Shown: piece by piece, positions 1 through 9,630 of the stretch
Position numbering within the stretch: the stretch's first letter is position 1
Layout: each line of letters begins with the position of its first letter
Origin: a virus
Length of the DNA stretch: 64,000 bases
Virus record (IMG/VR): IMGVR_UViG_3300031603_000003
Span: 1 to 64,000 of that record
Direction: 5' to 3' (one strand)
Notes under the pieces: model-generated
What the model was told of the DNA's origin: nothing
Databases searched by the model: none
The model's input: the letters and a program-made list of their open reading frames with translations, nothing else
Position numbers and translations under genes: made by a program

Positions 1-5
1 GTCGC

Positions 6-1880
6 GTGTTAGACCTCATAGCTGTTAGTGGAGTCGGAAATGCTACGGCATACAAGATCCTTGATGGTTGGAATGACTACAGAGTCAATGCACAAACCCT
101 ATCGTTCTTATTAAACGCAGGCTTTAATTTAGCCTTAGCGAAAACTGTCATACGTAAGTTTGGCAGCACCGATGTTGAGTTAATTTTACGTAAGAATCCA
201 TATAACATTGTACTCGTACCCGGAGTAGGATGGAAACGTGCCGACGTTTTCGCCAATAGACTGGGTATTAATACCGATGATCCTCGTAGGATCGAAGCAG
301 CTGTAATGTACAGCCTGTTAAATATTTCCTATGGACATACGTACATGCCGCACGACTTATTACGCGCGGATGTTACAACTCTCACTGGTGTGGACTTAAA
401 TAATGGCACCTTATTCATAGATGCCATAACCAAACTGGTTAAAGAGAAGAAGGTTGTCGATACACCTGAAGGATTGTATCACAACATCATGTTCTTCGAT
501 GAACGCACCATAGCTACCGGCCTAGTCGACTTAGACTTAGGCATTAGTGATAAGCAAAGAGTGGATGATGATGATCTAGTCAAGCTTATAGCTAAGTACG
601 AAGGCAAGACTAAGGTTAAGTTGTCCGATGGACAGCACAAGGCTATTGGTTTAGCCGTGAACCGTGGTGTTAGTATCATAACCGGTGGTCCCGGCGTAGG
701 TAAGACCCTCGCCATAGGTGGAGTGATCGATGTAGCCAAGTCTCTTGGTCTACGCTTCGCACTGGCAGCCCCAACTGGGCGTGCGGCGAAGAGAATCACC
801 GAGTCTACGGGCTATCAAGCTAAAACCTTGCATCGTTTGTTAGAGTTTCAGCCACATAACAGTGCCTTCGTTGGTATGTTCGCGCGCAATGACGATAATC
901 CATTAGATATTGATATCTTAATTGCCGATGAACTATCCATGGCGGACACTACGATCATGGCTGCACTCGTACGTGCACTGAAGCCAGGCACTCGCCTGGT
1001 GATGGTAGGTGACGTTGATCAACTGGAGTCAGTAGGCTCTGGTAAGATACTAACGGATACCATAGCATCTAATATGTTTTACATTACACATTTGAATCAG
1101 ATCTTTCGTCAAGCGGCGAAGAGTAAGATCATCGTTAACGCACAGCAGATCAACTCCGGACAACCATTTATTAATGGGCAGAAGGGTGATGACTTCTTCT
1201 GGATAGAGGACCCCACCATTGGGAGAATCAAACGACTGATCAACCGTATCCGCGTCGTGGATCCAAAAGTGAAGATGGAAGACATCCAAATCATTACACC
1301 ATTCCGTAAGAAGATTACGGATATTAATATCACATCACTTAATGAGGTGATGCAGGACATGATCAATAAGAAGGGTGAACCTATACCTATACCCCACTGT
1401 GAGTTGCGGGTAGGCGACAAAGTGTTGCAGACCAAGAACAACTACGAGAAGGGTGTATTCAATGGTGACATTGGATTCGTTACTGACATAGTACCTGACT
1501 ACTCTGGTATGGAAGGTTACTTCAACGTTAGTGTTGATGGTAAATCGGTACCGTATCATTTCCGCGAGCATGGTCAACTTGAGTTAGCTTATGCTATCAC
1601 CGTACACAAGTCACAAGGTGGAGAGTATCCATATGTGATAGTCGTACTGTCTCCGGACCGTAAGGCCGACATTATGTTACGTCGTAATCTATTGTACACC
1701 GCGGTGACTAGGGCTAGTAAGATGTGTCTCGTGCTGGCACGGGATCGTGAAGTTAAACTGGCAGTCAAAACCGAGCGTACGGTTGTACGTTTCACTGGAT
1801 TGTTAGAGAAGCTTCGTGAACTACGCTTTAAGAAGCGGGATAAAGAATCTAAAACTAAAGCAGAGGACAAACATGAATGA
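6..1880 (+). CDS. recD2: RecD2/TraA-like SF1B helicase (5' end probably cut by window edge)
   Basis: HhH-like 'VSGVG' and 'NPY..VPGVGWKRAD', Walker A GGPGVGKT, 'APTGRAAKR', 'DELSM', 'GDVDQL', 'YAITVHKSQGGEY', 'LYTAVTRA'; frame is open back to the window start. Confidence 0.93.
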   Translation: MLDLIAVSGVGNATAYKILDGWNDYRVNAQTLSFLLNAGFNLALAKTVIRKFGSTDVELILRKNPYNIVLVPGVGWKRADVFANRLGINTDDPRRIEAAVMYSLLNISYGHTYMPHDLLRADVTTLTGVDLNNGTLFIDAITKLVKEKKVVDTPEGLYHNIMFFDERTIATGLVDLDLGISDKQRVDDDDLVKLIAKYEGKTKVKLSDGQHKAIGLAVNRGVSIITGGPGVGKTLAIGGVIDVAKSLGLRFALAAPTGRAAKRITESTGYQAKTLHRLLEFQPHNSAFVGMFARNDDNPLDIDILIADELSMADTTIMAALVRALKPGTRLVMVGDVDQLESVGSGKILTDTIASNMFYITHLNQIFRQAAKSKIIVNAQQINSGQPFINGQKGDDFFWIEDPTIGRIKRLINRIRVVDPKVKMEDIQIITPFRKKITDINITSLNEVMQDMINKKGEPIPIPHCELRVGDKVLQTKNNYEKGVFNGDIGFVTDIVPDYSGMEGYFNVSVDGKSVPYHFREHGQLELAYAITVHKSQGGEYPYVIVVLSPDRKADIMLRRNLLYTAVTRASKMCLVLARDREVKLAVKTERTVVRFTGLLEKLRELRFKKRDKESKTKAEDKHE

Positions 1881-2274
1881 ACTAGAAGTCGTTAACTTAG
1901 GAGAATTGGGATTGAAGTATAGTCGCACGGCCTGGGCTAACGTTTCAAGAGTGTGGTCGGGCAAGGGTAAGAATAATATCATAGTATTGCTTATGATGAA
2001 GAACAGTACAACTACAGTAGTACATGTGTTGAATCTAGATCATAGTCTAAAGCGATCAGTGCAAGACGTACACGCTGTTTCATTTAATGAACTACGTGCT
2101 CAATTAATTGAAGTATCAGGATACATACAGATAGCTTCCGAAGTACCAAGAACCTTAACTCTCTTATCTGATTCGTTACAACATCAGGATTATAGAGAAC
2201 GCACAATCAATCAAGGAGTACTGCCATGGCAGAGCAAAAAGCAATCCCTTACGGCCTCACCTCTACCAAACTAA
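1873..2274 (+). CDS. Hypothetical protein (133 aa)
   Basis: ATG at 1873 with GAGGA upstream, overlapping the recD2 stop; no motif recognised. Confidence 0.6.
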   Translation: MNELEVVNLGELGLKYSRTAWANVSRVWSGKGKNNIIVLLMMKNSTTTVVHVLNLDHSLKRSVQDVHAVSFNELRAQLIEVSGYIQIASEVPRTLTLLSDSLQHQDYRERTINQGVLPWQSKKQSLTASPLPN

Positions 2275-3443
2275 AGTTTAGAGAGAGTCGTACCAACAAC
2301 TCATTGTATAGTAAGTACCGACCATGGACGATAGAGGAATTCTACGGCCCAACACGAGCAGTCATCGAGACGTTCGGACGTACACTACACAATAAACCAG
2401 AAAGATTAATGCATGCGTTCCTAGTACACGGGGCTCCCGGTAGCGGGAAGACATCCATGGTGCTAGCACTCAGCAAGATGCTGAACTGTAAGAGTCCAAT
2501 CCGTAAGGATGGTATGGTACATGCGTGTAATGCCTGTGAAAGTTGTAGATCAATAGAGATGCGGGCGATGAACGATGAACATGGGGCCGTTGTCTATAAG
2601 AACACGAGCGCCATGGGCAAGGACACGACTATAGCCGTGCTCCGGGAGAAGCTCACACGCTCAGCTACTCTAGATGGTAAGAATACAATCTTACTGCTGG
2701 AAGAAGCTCAAGAGATGACGGATAAGTCATTGACTGCGTTGCTAGCGCCGGTGGAGACACTCAAACAAAATCAGTACATTTTCCTGGTCACCTCGAACCC
2801 TGCGCGTATCCTCAAGGAGGATGCACTGGCTAGTAGACTGGAAGATGTTAAGATCAGGGCGTGGAGCTCGGATCAGATCCTTGAACTACTTAAAGACATC
2901 GCTGCTCAAGAGTACATGCGTGGGGAGATCCCACTCATACCTCTGTCAGTCTTGGAGAAGATCGCAATAAATTGTGAAGAGAATCCAAGAGATGCGGTGA
3001 CTATATTAGATACCAAGGTAATAGCCGGTGGTATCATGGATGAAAATGGTAAGTATGATGAAGAGCAACTCAACAAAGTAGCCCTATCTGGAATGCCAGA
3101 TACTAAATTGATTAACAATTTCGGTACACTTATAATGCAGGGTAAAGTAACAGAGACACTTGATGTCTTGTACTTTGATATTCTACGTAAGGTAGATATA
3201 AACCCATTCGTATATCGTGTACAGATGTTCATGCGTGACAAGTTTAATTCTGTACGCAGAACAAAAACAATACCCGATGAGATACTCTTATCATTGATGC
3301 GTGGTGTGGTCATATTTAGTGACCGCTACTACAATCATCGAAGTGTAGATGCTAAGTCGGCGCTAGTGCTATCCACCATGGAAGCATTAGAGTTCACGAA
3401 TAAGTTCCGTAGAGATTTCCAGGAACATTCAAAGAATAAATAG
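2226..3443 (+). CDS. DNA polymerase III gamma/tau (DnaX)-like clamp-loader subunit
   Basis: 'LYSKYRP..EEFYG', 'HAFLVHGAPGSGKTS', Zn module 'LNC...CNACESC', Walker B 'LEEAQEM', 'ASRL' at the SRC position; AAGGAG RBS. Confidence 0.85.
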   Translation: MAEQKAIPYGLTSTKLKFRESRTNNSLYSKYRPWTIEEFYGPTRAVIETFGRTLHNKPERLMHAFLVHGAPGSGKTSMVLALSKMLNCKSPIRKDGMVHACNACESCRSIEMRAMNDEHGAVVYKNTSAMGKDTTIAVLREKLTRSATLDGKNTILLLEEAQEMTDKSLTALLAPVETLKQNQYIFLVTSNPARILKEDALASRLEDVKIRAWSSDQILELLKDIAAQEYMRGEIPLIPLSVLEKIAINCEENPRDAVTILDTKVIAGGIMDENGKYDEEQLNKVALSGMPDTKLINNFGTLIMQGKVTETLDVLYFDILRKVDINPFVYRVQMFMRDKFNSVRRTKTIPDEILLSLMRGVVIFSDRYYNHRSVDAKSALVLSTMEALEFTNKFRRDFQEHSKNK

Positions 3444-3452
3444 GAGTAATAA

Positions 3453-4910
3453 ATGAGTGCTAACATTTTAGCAAAAGAGAAACACGATGCGTTAATCCGT
3501 GCAGTCATGCCAACTCTGTTCTTGGAACAGATTCCATTGGCTGACGGTACAGCTTCCGACTACGAGATCAAGTTTGATATCCAGTGGGAACTGGACTCGA
3601 CACAGCCTAGCGCTCCAGCACCAGCTGTAGGGAGCTATCAGCTGAAGGGTATTATCTATGAGCAGTCTACACAGTTGCAGATAGATACCTATCAACAGCC
3701 GATAGAAGATTCGGACATCGCCAAGTACGCCAATGGTAGTAATACCATTGATGGATTGCTGGCTGATCGTTCCGTGTCCACCGTGTATGATCTGCAGGGT
3801 GCCGTCGGGGAAGCATTGCTACAACAGATACCTAGCGTGGATTTATCCGCGGTGGAAACTGTGTGGCCTAGAAAGCATACACCACAGTTAGCAGCGTACA
3901 CTCCCCAGAGTTTCTTCGATAAGAATGGTAACCTGGCGACGACTAACTTTAGTACTGGTATAAAGCGTGCTAAAGGATTCAAGATTCCAGATGAACTAAG
4001 TGTATTCGCCCCTAAACATATAGTGGTGAACCAGAAAGTCATGCGCCGTGTTGAGAACTATGTTCTCGATGGAAGTGCAGCGACGGCGGTGATCGGGCCA
4101 ACAGGCTCCGGTAAATCATTGCATGCTCGTTGGCTAGCAGACAAGCTCAAGGACTATGGGTACGCGTCTAAGATTATCGATGCCAATGCTCGTATGGATG
4201 GATCAACCTTGTTCTTCCGTGAGGACTTTGATGATAAGGGTACCTTCGTATTAGAAGGTTCACTCGTGAAGTTCGCACGTGAAACTAAAGCAAAAGATCT
4301 CCGCGGTGTGGTGATACTCGAAGAGTACAACGCCTTCGATGATAAGACACGCAGAGAGTTCTATAGATTATTCAGTGATACAGATCGAATGTACGAAATA
4401 CAAAGTACTAAAGGTACTGACACTATAGTTGACTTCAGTCACATACAGTTCCTAATCACTGCTAACCCGTTGACCGAGGCTTATATACAGGACGATTTAC
4501 GTCCGCTATCTCAAGCCGAAGGTCGACGTATAACTACTGTGTTCCTAGGCTATCCAACTGATGGCCGTGTACTGCAGAAGTTATTCAAAACTATCATCGA
4601 GGCGAAGCCTAACTTCAAGACCTTGAAGGTGCCACCTAACTACGGTAACGCAGTTAAGCTATTCAAACTTATCCATGCAACTGATTCTAGTAATCAGAGT
4701 CTTGGGTTCGACGCCGGGTACTCCCCGGTAGCCGCTTGTGCCTTCTGGGCAGCGGTTGATGGCAACACCGCGGAGGCTTGGATAACGGCTATCGATGACA
4801 ACATCATCACGAAGATCACCGACATCACGGTTCGTAACACAATCGTAGCGAGGATCCAAGCGAAGATGGCGATCACGATACCGCCAGAGCTAGTATCACA
4901 AGGAGTTTAA
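3453..4910 (+). CDS. MoxR/CbbQ/NirQ-type AAA+ ATPase with about 190-aa N-terminal extension
   Basis: Walker A 'IGPTGSGKS', Walker B 'VILEEYN', sensor 'FLITANP', 'LSQAEGRR'; directly upstream of a VWA gene; AGGAG RBS. Confidence 0.8.
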   Translation: MSANILAKEKHDALIRAVMPTLFLEQIPLADGTASDYEIKFDIQWELDSTQPSAPAPAVGSYQLKGIIYEQSTQLQIDTYQQPIEDSDIAKYANGSNTIDGLLADRSVSTVYDLQGAVGEALLQQIPSVDLSAVETVWPRKHTPQLAAYTPQSFFDKNGNLATTNFSTGIKRAKGFKIPDELSVFAPKHIVVNQKVMRRVENYVLDGSAATAVIGPTGSGKSLHARWLADKLKDYGYASKIIDANARMDGSTLFFREDFDDKGTFVLEGSLVKFARETKAKDLRGVVILEEYNAFDDKTRREFYRLFSDTDRMYEIQSTKGTDTIVDFSHIQFLITANPLTEAYIQDDLRPLSQAEGRRITTVFLGYPTDGRVLQKLFKTIIEAKPNFKTLKVPPNYGNAVKLFKLIHATDSSNQSLGFDAGYSPVAACAFWAAVDGNTAEAWITAIDDNIITKITDITVRNTIVARIQAKMAITIPPELVSQGV

Positions 4911-4911
4911 T

Positions 4912-6756
4912 ATGGGCCCAATTGATAACATGACGTATTATGTCATGGACTATATGGAGAAAGTATTGTCCGTGGCTAAAGTAAAGATCTACGACTACGC
5001 TGGAGGTGCTGTTATCGTAGATACACGTACCAATAAGCCAGCCATAGATCCACAAGGCTTCATGACCATGCAGCTGCCACTCACCAGGACAACCCTGGCC
5101 GGCATCTTCGGTAAAGAAGTCTCAGACAAGCTCACCGATGAAACTTGGTGGACTATGTTGATCGCGTTACTGTATCATGAGTTGGGACACATTATCTCCG
5201 CTGAGTCTTTCGGTAGGGGTGGTAAGTTATACGACTTCTACGACAACATCGTGAACGATTGTAATGAAACTACGGTCGTTCCTGATGCTTGGTTAGGCTC
5301 GCAGATGTACTTCACTGAGTTCTATGCCCTTAACAAGGCACTGGCTCAGGATATGAAGATCGAGTTGGATCCAGCAACCGCTACACCAGAAGACTACAAG
5401 GAAATGATGAGCGATGTATTACGTAAGTACCGCGCGCTCCTTGAGTTCAAAGTAGGGGGTGAGTGGATAGATGAATTCCCAGCCGGTCACCCGTTGGCTA
5501 AGGTGTTCGATGACGTGAAAGATGTGATCATCGATGCTAGAGGCTATATGTCTCACGATGCGGAAGCATTCCGCAAGAGACGTATAGGTATGACTGACCA
5601 GTTGTACAAGGTGATGAAAGACTGGTGGACGAATGAGATGGGGCAACCAGAAGAAACCTTCGATCCGAAACCGAAGGATGAAGATAAGAAGGACGGTAAG
5701 GAACAGCCGGGAGATGGCCCACCTAAACTGCAAGGTGGTGGAGGAGCCCTCGATGGCTTCGACCTGCCAAAGGATGTTACAGATGCAATGAAGGATGCTC
5801 TTCAGGATATTAATGACAACTCGGAGATCACTGGAACCTCGGACGAACTCGCCAAAGTTGTACGCAAAAGAGAAACTGCGGACAGGAAAAAGGCGGATGA
5901 GGAAAAGGACACCATCAACAAAGAGATGTCAGGAAATGATAAAAGTAAGAAGTTTGATCTAGGTGATCAGGAGGGTAACGGACACGGGGAGGGGTATATT
6001 CCCCCACCTGCACACCGTGCCAGCCATAACATTCGTATAGAAAGTGAAGTCATATCTAGTATGAGACGTGGGATGAAGCAAATGTTACAACAGCGAAAGA
6101 TGGCAGGAAGACATGTCTCTAAGCATGGTGACAAGCTACATCCACCTAACTTCTATCAGATCAAAACTAATATCAAGAAGGCCAAAATCAGAACAGATAT
6201 AACATCTATGTCATCAGAGATTGGCAAGACGGAAATGGTATTGATGTTCGATGCCTCAGGTTCAATGGGCGGGGTTAAGACAGAGATCGCTAGTCACACC
6301 ATGGCACACATGATGATGAGTTCGGAAGGAATCAGAGAGATTACCTTACGCTTATTCGGATTCAGTGGGTCCTGGGGTGCTCAGACCAACGTGGACATGG
6401 CTACTTACTATAGAGGTAAGGACGACATGCTCGCCGAGATCAAGCGAATTCTACAGCCTCGCGGTGGAACTGATTTCCCTAACGCATTCAAGGTAGGCGT
6501 AGATGTCTTGGTTAAGTCCAAGGCTAAGCGCAAGTACCTGGTTATATTAACTGATGGTGACATGGGTAGGGACATGACGTACCTGAAGCGTGTATATAAG
6601 TATGCGCAACAGAATGGTATCAAGACCTTAGGGTTCGGAATACCAAGTGCGCCACGTACGCTACCATCCCCCTTCTTAGATAGTTACCAATACCTACCTA
6701 GCGTTAAGCAAGTGGGTTCTGTATTTACAGCACTGATAAAGAAAGTAGTACGTTGA
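4912..6756 (+). CDS. VWA-domain protein with N-terminal HExxH metallopeptidase-like domain (CobT-like architecture)
   Basis: 'LLYHELGHII' plus 'NIVND', acidic linker, MIDAS 'FDASGSM', 'GGTDF', 'ILTDG'. Confidence 0.85.
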   Translation: MGPIDNMTYYVMDYMEKVLSVAKVKIYDYAGGAVIVDTRTNKPAIDPQGFMTMQLPLTRTTLAGIFGKEVSDKLTDETWWTMLIALLYHELGHIISAESFGRGGKLYDFYDNIVNDCNETTVVPDAWLGSQMYFTEFYALNKALAQDMKIELDPATATPEDYKEMMSDVLRKYRALLEFKVGGEWIDEFPAGHPLAKVFDDVKDVIIDARGYMSHDAEAFRKRRIGMTDQLYKVMKDWWTNEMGQPEETFDPKPKDEDKKDGKEQPGDGPPKLQGGGGALDGFDLPKDVTDAMKDALQDINDNSEITGTSDELAKVVRKRETADRKKADEEKDTINKEMSGNDKSKKFDLGDQEGNGHGEGYIPPPAHRASHNIRIESEVISSMRRGMKQMLQQRKMAGRHVSKHGDKLHPPNFYQIKTNIKKAKIRTDITSMSSEIGKTEMVLMFDASGSMGGVKTEIASHTMAHMMMSSEGIREITLRLFGFSGSWGAQTNVDMATYYRGKDDMLAEIKRILQPRGGTDFPNAFKVGVDVLVKSKAKRKYLVILTDGDMGRDMTYLKRVYKYAQQNGIKTLGFGIPSAPRTLPSPFLDSYQYLPSVKQVGSVFTALIKKVVR

Positions 6757-7487
6757 ACAAGCGTGCTATATCTTTCGATGAAGTGTATTGGTACCTACAC
6801 GACTGTCCGTTACGTAGACTTACAATACCCGTGATGTACAAGCCTGATCATGAAGCTGTGTATGAACGTTATATTACACCAGCTGTAATCAGGTTGTATA
6901 AAGGTGAGAATTCTACCGCCGTACAGTTGGACATCGTTAAGCAACTCAACAAGAGTTCTTTAACCAATAGAGATGCAAAAATCATTGGTCATGCGCTAGC
7001 TATCATGTTAACTTATTCGGTAGTGTACATTTCTAGCATGAGAGAGGCAGACATAATTGCTGAGTCTCTTAAATTCGACCATGATGGACTGAAAGGCTCC
7101 GTAGATTTAGTACGGCGCAAGGAATCCAAGCTATACCAATTGATTTGGGTCGACTATCGTCCGGAATATCCAGACGCTGAGGAACGAATCAAGATGTTTC
7201 AACACGCACAATGGCACGCTCGACTGTATGAGTTGCATTACAAACGCCGTCCGTTCCAGTTGACATATTTCTTACCGGCACTGGGTGAGCATATAACATT
7301 TGCTTACAATCCTGATGCTGGTTTGGAAGTCATTGCGGAGTTGATTCGGCTGGATGTAACTCCAGCTAAACCGGGTCCGCGATGTGACACATGCTCAAGT
7401 TGTGCTATGCGTTATATTAAAACGCCAGTACTTAAAGGAGGTTATGATGTCCGCAAGTATACTTGGAAGCATCAGACAAACCCTTGA
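6753..7487 (+). CDS. Cas4/AddB-like PD-(D/E)XK fold protein, possibly degenerate
   Basis: N-terminal 'CPLR', 'LKGSVDLV', 'WVDYR' (K to R), 'QWHARLY', C-terminal 'CDTCSSC'; TTG start overlaps the upstream stop. Confidence 0.6.
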   Translation: MNKRAISFDEVYWYLHDCPLRRLTIPVMYKPDHEAVYERYITPAVIRLYKGENSTAVQLDIVKQLNKSSLTNRDAKIIGHALAIMLTYSVVYISSMREADIIAESLKFDHDGLKGSVDLVRRKESKLYQLIWVDYRPEYPDAEERIKMFQHAQWHARLYELHYKRRPFQLTYFLPALGEHITFAYNPDAGLEVIAELIRLDVTPAKPGPRCDTCSSCAMRYIKTPVLKGGYDVRKYTWKHQTNP

Positions 7488-7758
7488 GGTGTACAGCCCG
7501 GATGCGATTGTCGCATTCATGGTGGTGCACTACTATGGGCACCCCGTGCAACATGTAGCTACGGGGTTAGATGTACAAGCTGATCTAATATATGATTGGC
7601 TCAGGCAAATACGTTCAGACATTCGCAGAGCTTATATCCGCGATGGTGGGCATATTAACAGAGACGGCTCGACCGTCGCAACTCTGGATAATACCGGAGA
7701 ATATTGTACCGAGAAGAGTACTAATGACTTCGACGAAAGGGAGGTATTAGATGACTAA
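7444..7758 (+). CDS. Stand-alone sigma-70 region-4-like helix-turn-helix protein
   Basis: 'IVAFMVVHYYGHPVQHVATGLDVQADLIYDWLRQIRSDIR' fits the region-4.2 pattern; AAGGAGG RBS before ATG 7444. Confidence 0.6.
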   Translation: MMSASILGSIRQTLEVYSPDAIVAFMVVHYYGHPVQHVATGLDVQADLIYDWLRQIRSDIRRAYIRDGGHINRDGSTVATLDNTGEYCTEKSTNDFDEREVLDD

Positions 7759-8131
7759 ACTCAACACCGGTTCTAAGAGGGAAAGCTTGGCGTCCGCTCG
7801 CAAGCAGAACCCTAGATTTAATAAACGTTCTAAGGTAGCAAGTCCAGGCGCAACAGCCGGGGTGGAAGCTGCACAGAAGGTGGCCGAAATCATCAAGGAA
7901 ACAATCCTTGAGGAACCAGAATCCGTAAAGCCTGATGAACCTATTGTACTGAATGAGAAGATCGAGGAACCCCTCGCCGTGACCAATCAGTTAGTAGGCG
8001 GTGATACTATCATCGAGGATGAGGTTGTGGATGTTAATCCCGCAACCAAACGTCCTAACAAAAGGAATACGCCGACTAGGAAGAAGTCTAATGAATCAAA
8101 GCCAAGCACCGACAGTGACAAAAGCTCTTGA
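7751..8131 (+). CDS. Hypothetical low-complexity protein (basic ends, acidic middle)
   Basis: GGAGG RBS, overlaps the upstream stop; composition suggests disorder. Confidence 0.7.
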   Translation: MTKLNTGSKRESLASARKQNPRFNKRSKVASPGATAGVEAAQKVAEIIKETILEEPESVKPDEPIVLNEKIEEPLAVTNQLVGGDTIIEDEVVDVNPATKRPNKRNTPTRKKSNESKPSTDSDKSS

Positions 8132-8333
8132 TGAGGTAGCACCCTTGCTATTTGGATGGCTGAAGAGGCCAGATCGCAGAGATTTGGCCCTACAGGTCGT
8201 TGACTTACTAGTTAGTGGGCCTGTTACTCGGCCTTCTAGGCAGGTACCCAACGCTGTACGTGATGCGTTGGTTAACAACTTCGAAACTAAGAATACAGGA
8301 CTAGTTCCTGGCATTCCATTGGAGGTAAGTTAA
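8091..8333 (+). CDS. Hypothetical protein (80 aa)
   Basis: ATG 8091 with AGGA upstream; TAATG coupling to the next gene. Confidence 0.55.
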   Translation: MNQSQAPTVTKALDEVAPLLFGWLKRPDRRDLALQVVDLLVSGPVTRPSRQVPNAVRDALVNNFETKNTGLVPGIPLEVS

Positions 8334-8698
8334 TGTCTAAAACAGCTGGACTCCTGTTTATAACAGGAAAAGGACACGGCTCTATGAAGATGCGTCATGC
8401 ATTCTCTAAGAGTATGTCCACAGGTGGGTTAATTAAGTCAGTTGATGAGGTGGTCGATGCAGTTGACAATATCTCAGAGGCTTACCCTAAGTTTATAGAT
8501 GATCAGGAGATTAAAGATGGTCAAGTGTACGCGCTAGTACCGATCAGTCCTGATAAGAACAAAGAGACCGTCACTAAGGTGATGGCCGGTTTGCGTAAAA
8601 TCCGTAAAGGCAGGGAGAATGCAGCTAAGACGAGTGCAGACAAAGACAAACCCAAAAAGAGAACCACTAAGCGGAAGGCAAAGCCTAAAGCTAAGTGA
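8333..8698 (+). CDS. Hypothetical protein with Lys-rich C-tail (possible DNA-binding)
   Basis: GGAGG RBS; C-terminus 'KPKKRTTKRKAKPKAK'. Confidence 0.7.
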   Translation: MSKTAGLLFITGKGHGSMKMRHAFSKSMSTGGLIKSVDEVVDAVDNISEAYPKFIDDQEIKDGQVYALVPISPDKNKETVTKVMAGLRKIRKGRENAAKTSADKDKPKKRTTKRKAKPKAK

Positions 8699-8706
8699 TG
8701 AAGCAT

Positions 8707-8733
8707 TGGCGGCTCGTGATGTACGGGTCGCCA
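8707..8733 (+). terminator. 11-bp intergenic RNA hairpin (weak terminator or processing/stability element)
   Basis: TGGCGGCTCGT-GATGT-ACGGGTCGCCA with G.U pairs valid on the + transcript; only TATT follows. Confidence 0.45.
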
Positions 8734-8749
8734 TATTGAGGAGAGCAAC

Positions 8750-8920
8750 ATGCCTACATTCGAAATAGAAATATCATATTCTGGTACACTAACTGTAACA
8801 CTATATGACCCAGGTAACGACGGGGAACGTGCTTCAGAAATTGCAGTAGAAGATATGCAGGATGAATTACCAGATGAGGCAACTCTAGAAGTCACGGAGG
8901 TAAAACGTGTCCATGGATGA
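8750..8920 (+). CDS. Small acidic hypothetical protein (56 aa, not in ORF track)
   Basis: GAGGAG RBS; MPTFEIEISYSGTLTVTLYDPGNDGERASEIAVEDMQDELPDEATLEVTEVKRVHG*. Confidence 0.75.
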   Translation: MPTFEIEISYSGTLTVTLYDPGNDGERASEIAVEDMQDELPDEATLEVTEVKRVHG

Positions 8921-9260
8921 AGAAAAACATCGTAAATACTTTGATGCAATTGAACATATAGAATGTGTTAGATGTGCTACAGAGGAACGCAGATCATGTT
9001 ATGCATGTACTATGAACAAAAGTTCTATTGTACTTCTGCAAGTTGAAATCAACAGACTACGAGAGCTAGTTGATCATGAAGAATTAGTAGTAGCGGCTAC
9101 TTCGTTACTAAAAATGTTACCGGAGGACTCTAATGCTTGGGAAGACGCAGCGCAAGCGCGACAGATTAGCGATGCCACAACTCGACTACGATGTGAGCTG
9201 GCTAAGAAAGATGTTCCGAAACGCGGAACGAATAATTACCACATATTTATGGGCTCCTAA
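8907..9260 (+). CDS. Hypothetical protein with CxxC-x7-CxxC motif and coiled coil
   Basis: GGAGG RBS before GTG; 'CVRCATEERRSCYAC'. Confidence 0.65.
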   Translation: MSMDEEKHRKYFDAIEHIECVRCATEERRSCYACTMNKSSIVLLQVEINRLRELVDHEELVVAATSLLKMLPEDSNAWEDAAQARQISDATTRLRCELAKKDVPKRGTNNYHIFMGS

Positions 9261-9261
9261 G

Positions 9262-9630
9262 ATGTCTAGTCAATTTGATTGGGCACGGTACGCACTACCT
9301 AGTGAGGTTGGATACGAAGTATCATCCCAAGGGGATAAAAGATTCAGCGCATTCCATGCAATAGTTCGCGGACGTTCCATAGAGGAGCATTACCAGATCA
9401 AGATCAAAGGATATGGTAGTGTGAGTGAAGGCAAAGGTAAGCCACCTAAAGATCTAAGTACGAATCTGTGGGGTGCATACTTAGCGCTGTGGAGAGAGTG
9501 GTCGATAGCAAATACAATGAAGATGCTAGACCTCCGAGAGAAAGCAACTGGTAAGATTCTTACTGATAAGTTCGCTACAACAAATATTAACCAGGCCCGT
9601 GCGCTGGCTACACTTCTTAATGGAGAGTAA
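9262..9630 (+). CDS. NADAR/YbiA-like protein (putative)
   Basis: 'GDKRFSAF...GRSIEEHYQIKIK...LTD...NQARALATLL' resembles NADAR 'LSNF..S.E..YQA.K..N.LG..L'; ATG 1 nt after the upstream stop. Confidence 0.5.
   Translation: MSSQFDWARYALPSEVGYEVSSQGDKRFSAFHAIVRGRSIEEHYQIKIKGYGSVSEGKGKPPKDLSTNLWGAYLALWREWSIANTMKMLDLREKATGKILTDKFATTNINQARALATLLNGE

Noticed and set aside
6753-7487. Cas4-like proteins as evidence for a CRISPR-Cas locus
   Set aside because: No repeat-spacer array or other cas genes seen; solo Cas4-like nucleases are common in phages
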